Below are positions 26,074-36,000 of a stretch of 64,000 bases of DNA, one piece after another. How positions within the stretch are numbered: position 1 is the stretch's first letter; every line of letters begins with the position of its first letter. Made by a program: the position numbers and the translations under genes. This stretch comes from Thermoplasmata archaeon. GTDB lineage: Archaea > Thermoplasmatota > Thermoplasmata > Lutacidiplasmatales > UBA184. The notes beneath the pieces are model-generated. The model had not been told where the DNA came from. It saw nothing but the letters and a program-made list of their open reading frames with translations, and ran no database searches. The stretch is taken from assembly GCA_022750435.1 (NCBI GenBank), contig JAKIVS010000006.1, positions 36,732 to 100,731 of the forward strand, written 5' to 3'.

Positions 26074-26595
26074 ATGAAGGACATCATCGAGGGCCGGGTC
26101 TGGGTGCTCGGCGAGGACGTCGACACCGACCAGATCATCGGCGGGAAGTACCTCACCATCATCGACCCGGAGGAACTGAAGAAGCACGTCTTCGAGATCG
26201 CGCTCCCGGAGTTCGCCAAGGGGGCGAAGCGCGGCGACATCGTCGTCGCCGGGATCAACTTCGGGTCCGGCTCGAGTCGGGAGCACGCCCCCCAGGCGCT
26301 CCGGGCGATCGGCACCGGCGCGGTCGTGGCCGACTCCTTCGCCCGCATCTTCTATCGGAATTCGATCAACCTGGGCCTTCCCACCGTGGAGGCCGCGGGC
26401 GTCCGGGCGATCTTCGAGATGGGCGACCCGGCGCGCATCGAGATGCGTGCCGGCCGGATCACGAACCTGCGCACCGGTGCCTCGGTGACGTTCCCCCCGC
26501 TCCCCCACCACCTCCTCGAGCTGCTCGAGGTCGGCGGACTCGTCGAAAAGGTCCGGCTGGAGCTGGAGGCCCGCCGGGGCGGGGCTCCGGCATGA
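26074..26595 (+). CDS. 3-isopropylmalate dehydratase / homoaconitase small subunit (LeuD/HacB family)
   Basis: GRVWVLGEDVDTDQIIGGKYL..., GINFGSGSSREHAPQAL and SFARIFYRNSINLG. Confidence 0.9.
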   Translation: MKDIIEGRVWVLGEDVDTDQIIGGKYLTIIDPEELKKHVFEIALPEFAKGAKRGDIVVAGINFGSGSSREHAPQALRAIGTGAVVADSFARIFYRNSINLGLPTVEAAGVRAIFEMGDPARIEMRAGRITNLRTGASVTFPPLPHHLLELLEVGGLVEKVRLELEARRGGAPA

Positions 26596-27725
26596 ACTCG
26601 GGAACCCCGCGCATCGTGGTCCTCCCGGGGGACGGCACCGGTCCGGAAGTCGTCCGGGAAGGGCGCAAGGTCCTCGACGCCCTCGCCGAGAACGACTCCG
26701 CTTCGTGGCGGGTGGAGGAGTACCCGGGGGGTGCCCAGTACTATCTGAAGACCGGCAAGGAGCTCGACCCGGAGACGGTTGTCGCCGCGCGCGAGGCCGA
26801 CGCGATCCTGCTCGGCGCCGTCGGTTGGCCGGGCGCTTCGATGCCGAACGGCGACCTCGCCGGCGGCGCCCTCGTGCTCGGGATGCGCCAGACCCTCGAC
26901 CTGTACGCGAACGTCCGGCCATGCAAGCTGTACCCGGGTGTCGTCCACCGGATCGGGAAGACGTACCAGACCGTCTGGCCCTCCGAGCTCGTCGACATGG
27001 TCATCATCCGCGAGAACACGGAAGGTCTGTACACCCCGGCGCGGGGGCGACTCCGCCGCTCGGACGAGACCGAGGTCGCCATCGACACGCGGGTGATTAC
27101 CCGGAAGGGCGCCGAACGCGTGATCCGGTACGCCTTCGAGCTGGCGCAACGCCGCCCGAAGGGGGCCCCCGAGGATGGGGTCAAACGGGTCACCTGCGTC
27201 GACAAGTCGAACGTGTTGGAGGGGTGCCGATTCTTCCGCGAGACGTTCGACCGGGTGGCGAAGGAGTACCCGTCCATCGAGCGCGACTACGCGTACGTCG
27301 ACGCGTTCACCCAATGGCTCGTGCGCAACCCGGAGCACTACGATGTGGTCGTCTCCACGAACATGATGGGCGACATCATCACCGACCTCGCGAGCGTCCT
27401 CCAGGGGGGAATGGGGTTCGCCGCCGGCGGGAACATCGGGGACCACCACGCGATGTTCGAGCCCGTGCACGGGAGCGCGCCGAAGTACGCCGGCAAGAAC
27501 CAGGTCAACCCGTTCGCGACGTTCTTCGCCGTCGAGATGATGCTCCGGTGGCTCTCGGAGCGCCGCGGCGACGCCGCGCTTGGCCGCCAGGCGGACCGCC
27601 TCGAGCGCGCGATCGGGAAGACGATCGCCGGCGGGACCGCCCGCACCTACGACCAGGGCGGGCACGTCTCCACGAGCGAGGCGGGCGACCGGGTCGCCGA
27701 GGCCGTCCGCGCGGAGCGGGCATGA
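26592..27725 (+). CDS. 3-isopropylmalate / homoisocitrate dehydrogenase family
   Basis: IVVLPGDGTGPEV, the NMMGDIITDLAS-type motif (NLFGDILSD equivalent) and GSAPKYAGKN. 4-nt overlap with the small subunit. Confidence 0.9.
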   Translation: MNSGTPRIVVLPGDGTGPEVVREGRKVLDALAENDSASWRVEEYPGGAQYYLKTGKELDPETVVAAREADAILLGAVGWPGASMPNGDLAGGALVLGMRQTLDLYANVRPCKLYPGVVHRIGKTYQTVWPSELVDMVIIRENTEGLYTPARGRLRRSDETEVAIDTRVITRKGAERVIRYAFELAQRRPKGAPEDGVKRVTCVDKSNVLEGCRFFRETFDRVAKEYPSIERDYAYVDAFTQWLVRNPEHYDVVVSTNMMGDIITDLASVLQGGMGFAAGGNIGDHHAMFEPVHGSAPKYAGKNQVNPFATFFAVEMMLRWLSERRGDAALGRQADRLERAIGKTIAGGTARTYDQGGHVSTSEAGDRVAEAVRAERA

Positions 27726-28903
27726 ACCTCGGCCGCGGCGTCGCCCTGGTCGGGGGCGCGACCACGAAGTTCGGGGTCCGGGCCGCCACGTGGGCGGAGC
27801 TTGCCCAGGAGGCCGGTCAGGCCCTGTTCCAGGCGATCCCCGCCCTCACGGCCGCGGACGTCGACAGCCTATTCGTCGGTGCCGCGGAACCGGAGCGGTT
27901 CGCCTTCCAGTCCCACGTCGCCCCGTTCGCCGCCGAGCAGCTGGGCCTCGCCCCGCGCAGGGTCCTCCAACGGACCGAGCTCGCCTGCGCGTCCGGCCAG
28001 TCCGCGATCCGCTCGGCATTCGCCTCCATCGCCTCGGGGCTCTCGGACGTCGCCGTGGCCGTCGGGGTCGAGAAGATGAATCTTCCGTCGATGGCGGAGG
28101 CGAACAGCTCCATGGCCTGCGTCATGGACCGCGCCTGGGACGGCGCGCACGGCGCGACCGCGCCTCCCTTCTTCGCGATGGTCGCCCAGCGCCACATGCT
28201 CGAGCACGGGACCACGGAGGAGGCGTTCGCCGCGGTCTCGGAAAAGAACCACAAGTTCGCGAACTCCAACCCGAACGCGCAGTTCTACGACAAGACGTTC
28301 GACCGGGCGAAGCTCGGCCGACTCCCGCTCGTCGCCCCGCCGCTCCGCCTCGGGGATTGCTCGTCGATGACCGACGGCGCCGCCGCGGTCGTCCTCGTCG
28401 CCGAGGAACTCGTCTCGAAGTACACGGACGTCCCGGTGCGCGTCCGCGGGACCGGCCAGTACGCCGATTTCCACAACCTCGCGAACGCCGGCTCGCTCAC
28501 CGACTGGGTCGGGCTCGAGCACGCTTCCCGGGAGGCGTACCGCTCGGCCGGCATCGGGCCGTCGGACGTGGATTTCGCCGAGACCCACGACTGCTTCACC
28601 ATCTCCGAGATCGTCGAGTACGAGGCCCTCGGGTTCTGCCCGAAGGGCGAGGGCGGCCAGTTCGCGCTCGACGGTCGGTCCTCCTTGGGCGGGGACGTCG
28701 TGGTCAATCCCCGCGGCGGCCTTCTCGGATGCGGTCATCCCCTGGGCGCGACCGGCATCGCGCAAGCGGTCGAGGTGTACGACCAGTTCGCCCGCCGCGT
28801 CCCCGCGGCGCGCCAGGTGCCGGACCCCCGATGGGCGCTCGTCCACAACCTGAGCGGGAGCGCGAACGTCCACTCGGTGATGATCTACGAGGGAGCGTCG
28901 TGA
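27722..28903 (+). CDS. thiolase-family protein (archaeal acetyl-CoA C-acetyltransferase / SCP-x type)
   Basis: VALVGGATTKFG, the active-site context ACASGQSAIRSA and the C-terminal NPRGGLLGCGHPLGATG. ATGA overlap with the dehydrogenase gene. Confidence 0.85.
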   Translation: MNLGRGVALVGGATTKFGVRAATWAELAQEAGQALFQAIPALTAADVDSLFVGAAEPERFAFQSHVAPFAAEQLGLAPRRVLQRTELACASGQSAIRSAFASIASGLSDVAVAVGVEKMNLPSMAEANSSMACVMDRAWDGAHGATAPPFFAMVAQRHMLEHGTTEEAFAAVSEKNHKFANSNPNAQFYDKTFDRAKLGRLPLVAPPLRLGDCSSMTDGAAAVVLVAEELVSKYTDVPVRVRGTGQYADFHNLANAGSLTDWVGLEHASREAYRSAGIGPSDVDFAETHDCFTISEIVEYEALGFCPKGEGGQFALDGRSSLGGDVVVNPRGGLLGCGHPLGATGIAQAVEVYDQFARRVPAARQVPDPRWALVHNLSGSANVHSVMIYEGAS

Positions 28904-28904
28904 G

Positions 28905-29447
28905 ATGAGCACCGAGGCTCCCCGGGAACGCCGTCCGGCGCCCGTCCTCGCCCCGGCCGCGAGCGCCGAGTCGGGGACGACGAGCCCGCCGGAGACGCCG
29001 AAGAAACCCCCCGCCCCACCGCTTCCGTTCCTGCTCGACTTCTTCCCGCTGGAGGACGCAAAACAGACGCGACTCTCGGCGTTCTTCGACAATCTGCGCG
29101 CGGGGCGGCTCACCACGACCCGTTGCCGCAAGGATGGTCGGGTCCGTTGGCCCCCCCGCGTGGTCTGCCCGGAGTGCCACACCAGCGAGCTCGACTGGGT
29201 CGACCTGCCCGTCGACGGCCGGATCTACGCCTTCAGCGCCGTTCTGATGGGAGCGCCCCTCGGCATGGAGTCCGAGGTCCCGTTCGTGGTGGGGCTCGTG
29301 GAGGTGGACGGCGTCCCCTTCCGCATGTTCGGGCGCATCGTGGGGACTCCGTGGGACCAGTGCCACGTCGGCCAGAAGGTGCGGGCCGAGCCGTACGACC
29401 TCCCGGACGGACGAGTCTTCTACCGATTCCGCACCGTCCCGGCGTAG
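28905..29447 (+). CDS. DUF35 OB-fold / zinc-ribbon protein (thiolase partner)
   Basis: ..RVRWPPRVVCPECHTSELDWVDLPVDGRIYAFSAV.. is the DUF35 rubredoxin-like knuckle plus OB fold. It starts 1 nt after the thiolase stop and has a Pro-rich N-terminal extension of about 50 aa. Confidence 0.8.
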   Translation: MSTEAPRERRPAPVLAPAASAESGTTSPPETPKKPPAPPLPFLLDFFPLEDAKQTRLSAFFDNLRAGRLTTTRCRKDGRVRWPPRVVCPECHTSELDWVDLPVDGRIYAFSAVLMGAPLGMESEVPFVVGLVEVDGVPFRMFGRIVGTPWDQCHVGQKVRAEPYDLPDGRVFYRFRTVPA

Positions 29448-29512
29448 CGCGGCGAATCGGCCACGGGCCTTCGCCCGAAATCGGAATACGGTCCCTCGGA
29501 ATCGGTGGGTCC

Positions 29513-29896
29513 ATGGCCGTCGGGACGAGCTGGGTGGGCGCGATCGTGATCGACTGTCGGGACCTGCCGCGGATGATCGAGTTCTGGCGCGAGGCGCTGC
29601 ACTATGTGCCCCGGGACCGGGCCGACGCGGACGGGGTCGTCCTGAAGGACCCGACGGGGCACGGGCCGAACGTCTCGCTCCAGCGGACGAACGAGCCGCC
29701 GACCACCGAATATCGCCTCCACCTCGACCTCTACTCGCCCGACGCGACCGCCGAGGTCCGACGGTTGATCGCCCTCGGCGCCGAGCTCCGGCGTCCGGCG
29801 GGGGCCGGGGACGACTTCGTCACGCTCGCCGACCCGGACGGCAACCTGTTCGATGTGGTGGCGAAGTCCGGCTGGTCGTTCGGGCAGCGGGCATGA
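29513..29896 (+). CDS. VOC/glyoxalase-like family protein
   Basis: 127 aa. WVGAIVIDCRDLPRMIEFWREALHY...HLDLY...LADPDGNLFDV is the typical VOC fold pattern. Confidence 0.7.
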   Translation: MAVGTSWVGAIVIDCRDLPRMIEFWREALHYVPRDRADADGVVLKDPTGHGPNVSLQRTNEPPTTEYRLHLDLYSPDATAEVRRLIALGAELRRPAGAGDDFVTLADPDGNLFDVVAKSGWSFGQRA

Positions 29897-30008
29897 GGTC
29901 AGGCCGAAACCGACCGGCCGGCCTTCCATCCCGCCGCGGGGTCGGAGCGAACGGTCGTTTTCCGTCGGGCGGGCTGCCCGGATTCTCGGGCGACGCCGGC
30001 GCGGTGGA

Positions 30009-30020
30009 TGGCTATTTATA
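30009..30020 (+). promoter_or_regulatory. BRE/TATA promoter element TGGCTATTTATA upstream of aglB
   Basis: Identical to the 12-mer at 3930-3941, and about 50 nt upstream of ATG 30070. Confidence 0.5.
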
Positions 30021-30069
30021 CCGGGCCTAGGTCTCGCGCCCGCGCCGTTTCGAGGAGAGTCGGCGACCG

Positions 30070-33000
30070 ATGGTACAGGCCGAAACGAGTTGGTGGCGCC
30101 GGCACAGCTGGACGATCGCCGTCCTGCTCGCCGCGTTTGGCATCTCGTTCCTGATCCGGACGCTGTACGTCCTCCCGCTCCTGACCCAGTGGGGAACCCC
30201 GTACCTCTTCGCGGGCGGCTCGGACTCGTTCTACCACTGGCGGGTCACGTCGTACATTCTGCTCAACCACCGGAACCTGGTCGTCGACCCGCTGCTGAAG
30301 TACCCGATCGGGGCGGTCAACCCGCGGGAACCGCTGTTCGACTGGATGAACGCCATCCTCGGCATCGTGTTCGCCCCCCTGTTCGCGAGCGGGGCCACGG
30401 CCGCCTGCTCGTCGTCGTGCCTTTCGGCGCAGTTCTTCCTCGAGCTGCAGGCGCCGCTCTGGGCCGCCCTCGGCGTCTTCCCCGTCTACCTGATCGGGAA
30501 GGAGGTCAGCTCGCGACGGATGGGCCTCATCGCGGCCCTCCTCTACGGATTGGTCGTCGCCAGCATCGACTCCTCGACGTTCGGCTACGCGAACTACCTC
30601 TCGTTCTACACGTTCTTCATCCTCGTCGCCCTCTACTCGTACCTGCGTACCGTCCGCGCCGCCGGCAGCAAACGGTGGGTGGAGAGTTACCGGCACCCCC
30701 GCCAATTCTACCCCGCTCTCCGGCAGTTCCTCCGGACCGAACGCACGGCCGTGAAGTGGGCCGTGTTCACCGGCGTCGCCTTCGGCACCGTCACCCTCGC
30801 CTGGCAAGGGTACTCGTTCCTGGTCGCCGCGATCGTGATCTTCCTCGTCGTCCAGATGGTCATCGAACGGATCCGGAAGGTCGATTCCTTCGGGCTCTAC
30901 GTCCTGACGTTCATCTCGGGGACCATCGGCTTCGCGATGGCCCTGCCGTACTACTACTTCCAGGGCCTCGGCAAGGTCTGGTTCTTCCAGCCGGCGTTGG
31001 TGTTCTTCGGAGCGTTCCTGGTCCTCGTTCCGTTCCTGCTGCTCCGCGACTCCCCTTGGGTCCTCTCCATCCCCGCCCTGCTCGCGACGGCCGCCGTCGC
31101 CGTCGCCGCCCTGTTCGTCCTCGACCCCCAGGACTTTGGGGCGATCGTGACGGGGCAGGGGTACTTCGTCAAGACCCTGATCTACTCGACCGTCGCCGAG
31201 GCTCAGGCGCCGTCGATCGACTCGCTGATTCTCGGGTACGGCGTCGTCACCTTCTTCCTCGCGTTCGTGGGACTCGGACTGTACTTCTGGCGGACGGTCC
31301 GTGACCGATTCCGCCGCGTCCAGGTGATGTTCATCGTCTTCGCGATCCTCTCAATCTACCTCCCGATCTCCGCCGCGAAATTCTTCTTCATCGGCTCGGC
31401 CGGGTTCGCCCTCCTCCCCGCGGAGGCGATCGTCCGGGCGCTCGACGTCGGGGACTACCCGACGTTGCGGCGCAACGTCGTGTCCCTCTCGGACCGACGA
31501 AGCCAGTTCGCGGCCCTGCGTCGATCGATCAAGGGACGCCACCTCCTCGTGATGGCCCTCGTCGTGATCATCCTCGTGCCCAACGTCTGGTACTCGATCG
31601 ACGCGGGAATCCCGTACAACAACAAGGGGACCTACTCCACCCAGGTGTACAACTCGCTCCCCGTGCCGCTCCGAACGACGCCGGGGAACGCGTCGTCGTA
31701 CTACCTCGGCGCCGCGGGGACGGAGCTCGATACCCCGAATCAGTACGACGAGAGCGGGTACAATTGGCTCGCCACGCAAGATACGCAGTTACCGGAGCCG
31801 CAACGTCCCGCGTTCATCAGCTGGTGGGACTACGGGTTCCAGGCCGCCGCCGAGGGGGACCACCCGACCGTCGCGGACAACTTCCAGAACGGGATCGACC
31901 CCGCCGGGAATTTCCTGCTCTCCCAGAACGAGTCGCAGGCGATCGCGATCCTCGCCTCGACGCTCCTCGTCGGAGAACAATCCCGGTCGGGCGACATCTA
32001 CCTCCCGAGCGAGCTCAACACGATCCTCGCCCGGGACGGGGTCAGCGTCTCGACGATCCATAGCCTGATGGTCAACCAATCGGCGGACATCCAGCTCGTG
32101 CTGGCCCACCCCGACCGGTACCTCCCCGTCGACCCGAACAACATCGACGGCCAGAACGCCATGTACGACACGATGGCGTACTACCTCGCGACTGCGCTCC
32201 CCACGAGCGGCGTCGCCGACCTGTACAACGACGTCCAGGCGTACACGGGCTGGTCGATCCGCTACGCGATGGTCGATTCGCGCCTGTTCCCGTTCAGCGG
32301 CTCGAACACGGGGATCTTCTACGCCCCCGCGGACCTGACCGACCGCGTCATCGGCGCCGGCGGGGCGCCCACGAGCTACTACACCCTCTCCGTCCTGGGC
32401 TCGGACGGCAACACCTACACGCCGGGGAACCTGCCCGCCGGCGTCACGGCGGTCCAGTACAACATCAACTATCTTCCGGCGTTCTACAGCTCGATGATCT
32501 ACCGGATCTACGTCGGGTACAACGGAACCGACATCGGGTCCACGCAAGGAATTCCGGGCCTCTCCCAGAACGCGGTCGGGGCGGACCCGATCGAGCCCGG
32601 CTGGATGCTCTCGCACTTCCAGGTCGTCTATCGGACGGCCTACTACTGCCCGCAGCCGAACGCCACCGCCGGGTCGAGCTGCTTCTCGGCGTACAACGTT
32701 CCCCAGGCGAGAGAGCTTGCCAAGTTGAACAACGGCACCGCCGACACCTCGACGAACTCCTACTTCGGCGGCGGCGAAGCGATGCTGGAGTACTACCCCG
32801 GCCAGCCGATGACCGGGACGGTCACCCTGCCCAACGGCGCCCCGGTGTCGAACGCGCGGGTCACCGTCTACGACAGCTGGGGGATCCCGCACATGACGAC
32901 GGTGACCGGCGCCGACGGCTCCTACTCCCTGGTCCTCCCTCCCGGGAACGACCGGATCAACGTCACGACGGGCACGCTCGACCAGCTCACGGAGGCCGGC

Positions 33001-36000
33001 GGCACCCCGCTCGCCGGGTTCAACATCACCGTCCCGAACGCCCTCGGCCTCTCGCTGAGCGCCCCGACCCTCGTCGAGCCGATCGTCGTCAAGCCGGCGA
33101 CCGTCAGCGGGTTCGTGTACTGGAACACCGCCAACAACTCGAGCTTCATCCGGAGCGTCGACGGGATCGTCACGGGCGCGAGCGCGAACCTCACCGGGGC
33201 GAACCTCACCAACCTCTCGGCGGCGACGGACGCGAGCGGGGCCTTCCAGTTCTCGAACGTCCCGCCCGGGGTCTACAACTTCACGATCCACTACCGGGGG
33301 GCGAGCTTCACGCAGTCGTCGGTGTACGCGCTGCCCGGCAAGACCGCGAACGAAACGATCGGGCTCTCGCCCGGCACCGTGCTGGGCCACGCCGACTTCC
33401 CCGACGGGTTCGCCGCCGCGGATGCGACCGTCACGATCTCCGACTCGCTGGGGGTCGTCCGCACGGCGACCGTCGGCTCGAACGGCAACTTCACCGCCGC
33501 GAATCTCGGGCCGGGGAACTACTCGGTCCGCGCCATGGCCCCGGGAGTCTCCATCGGCTCCGTGGGGACGACGTTCCTCGTTCCGGAGACCGGCGGAAAT
33601 GTCGTGGTCAACCTCACCCTGGTGCCGCTCGTGACCGTGAGCGAGGCCGTTACCTGGAACGGGAATCCCGTCGTCGGCTTCCCGGTCCGGTTCACGCAGC
33701 TGTTCACCCCGACGGCGGTCCAGGCCGGGCCGCCGAAGACCAACGGGACCCCCAGCGCATCGGCTCCGACCGCCGCGAAGTCGAACACCTCGGTGTTCCT
33801 CACCGGGCCGGACGGGGTTGTCCGGGCCACGCTCCCGATCGCCAACTACTCGGTGTACGCGTTCGGCTTGAACGGCTCCCGCTGGCTGGCGGGCGTCCAA
33901 ACGGTGTACCTGTCGGCCCAGAGTTCGGGTGTCCTGCCGGCCCTGTACGTCTCGAACGCCGTGCAACTCTCCGGAACGGTCACGGGGGCCCCGTCGACCA
34001 CGGCCGGCCCGGCGACGGTCGAGGTCACAGCCTACGACGCCTCGGGCCACCAGGTGTCGACGTTCGCGAACCTGACCCAGCAGTACTCGCTCTGGCTTCC
34101 GACCGGTCGCTACACCCTCCTCGCGAGCTCCATCATTCCCAACTCCTCCGCCCCGCCGGTCGCTTCGCTGACCACGGTCGACCTCGCCTACCCGACCGTC
34201 GACCCGATCGCGCTCGCGCCGGCCGAGTACGTCTCGGGGGTCGTGGCGGCACCGTCGTCGGGAAGTAGCGCCCCGTACCCTGCGAGCGGCGCCGTCGTCC
34301 GGTTCACCGAGATGCCGCTGAACGCTACCGTGACCACCGTGGCGTCGGGCACCGGGAACGTCACCGTCATCCTGCCGGCCGTGCTCCCGGCCGGGGGCAG
34401 CTACTGCATCGTTGCGAACGCGAGCGGGTTCGAGCCGTTCCAGACGTGCAGCTACACGGCCGCCGAGCTCGGCGCGCTCGGCGAGATCCCGATGAACCTC
34501 GCGCCGATCCCCCTCAATTTCACGGTGAACGGCCTCCCGAGCGGTACGTCCGTCACGGTCAACTTCACGGCCCTCAGCGCCCCCGCGGCGAGCACCGTCA
34601 AAGTCGGCGGTCCGTCGTTCTCCTTCGCCATCGTCCCCGGCAGTTACCGGATCAGTGCCTGGGCGAAGGCTCCGTCCGGTCCGGGTCTCCTCCTCCCCGC
34701 CCAGTCGCTGAACCTGACCGTCCCCGTCGGCACCCACGGCGCCAACGTCACTCTCACTATCGTCCCGCAGGTCGCCGCCACCGGCCACCTCGTCCTGCCC
34801 ACGGGGGTGCTGAACACCTCGGTGTCGCTCCGCCTCGTCTCCCCGACGATGGCCCTGTCCGTCGACGGCGCCATGTTCGAGGGGAAGTTCTACATCGCCC
34901 CCGGTACCTACTCGGTGTACGCCACGGCCCCGACGGGGGCGAACGGTACGCTCGCCACGATGACGTCGGTCGTCGTGAACGCGACCGGCCACCTCTCGAA
35001 GTCGATCTCGCTCACGCAGCTCGGCGTGCCTCTGACCGGTACCTTGGCGAGAGATTCCGGCGTCCAGCTGAACGTCTCCCTGCCGCTCACCCTGACCGGC
35101 CCGGCGGGGGTCGCGCTGACGGTGAACGCGAACGGGGGCCACTTCGTGGCCACGCTCCCACCGAACGCCACCTACCAGGTGCGAGGGAACGCGACGGTCC
35201 TCGTGCCGTCGCCGACGGGGAGCGTGTACCAGTACGTCGCCGTCGACCCCTCGTACCTCGGGTGCGTCCTCGGCGCCGAGTCAAACGCGTCGTGCACCAT
35301 CCCGTTCGTCACGACCACCGTGGAGACGAACGTCTCCGGTACGTTGCACGCCGCCGGCTTTGCGAACCCGGTCGCCGGAACCGTGCAACTGATCGGTCCG
35401 TTCCCCTCGACCAACGCGACGGTCGCGACCGCCTCGAACGGAACGTTCTCGACCGCCGTGATCCCGGGGAACTACTCCCTCTACGCCGTCGCCTCGGACG
35501 GCGTGCCGTATGCGAGCGTCTCCTACCTCACCGTCGGACCCACCATGGCGGCCCCGCTCGCGGTGACGCTGCTCTCCACGTGGACCGATACGGTGACCGT
35601 GGTTCCGCCCTCGGGCTCCACCGAGACCGTCGCGACGGTGACGATCACCGCCCCCGGTGGCGCGGACCTGTCGTTCCCCAACGAACCGGTCAACACTCCG
35701 GTCGCGTTCGCGCTCCCGGGCGGCGCCTACACCGTGGCCGCCCGCGGTTCGGGCAACCCGTACGGCGTCGTGGTGAACGCCACGGCGTCGAGCGTCGTCT
35801 CCCTGCTGAGCGGGAACGCCGCGACCCAGCTCGCGCTCGCCTACCAGTTCACCACGTCCGTCGACTTTGCGACCCTCGGCCCGGCCGACGTGACCGTCCC
35901 GGCCGGCGCGACGGTATCGTTCGCCTTCACCATCACCAACACCGGGAACGAGCCCCGGAACCTCACGTTCGTCGGGTCGCCCGCGTTCTGGAACTTCACC

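Noticed and set aside
28877-28883. GTGATGA (C-box-like) near the thiolase 3' end, and TTGATGA at 2352-2358; possible C/D box sRNAs.
   Set aside because: There is no CTGA D box at the expected 50-70 nt distance and no terminal stem. Both lie in or next to coding sequence.
31789-35142. 1117-aa ORF on the minus strand, antisense to aglB. Similar long antisense or alternate-frame ORFs occur at 7076-8026, 8192-9391, 9860-11410, 11020-12915 and 38816-39946.
   Set aside because: The translations are Arg/Gly/Pro/Asp-rich low-complexity sequence with no domain signatures. Stop codons are rare on the antisense strand of high-GC genes, and the sense-strand products have unambiguous homology.
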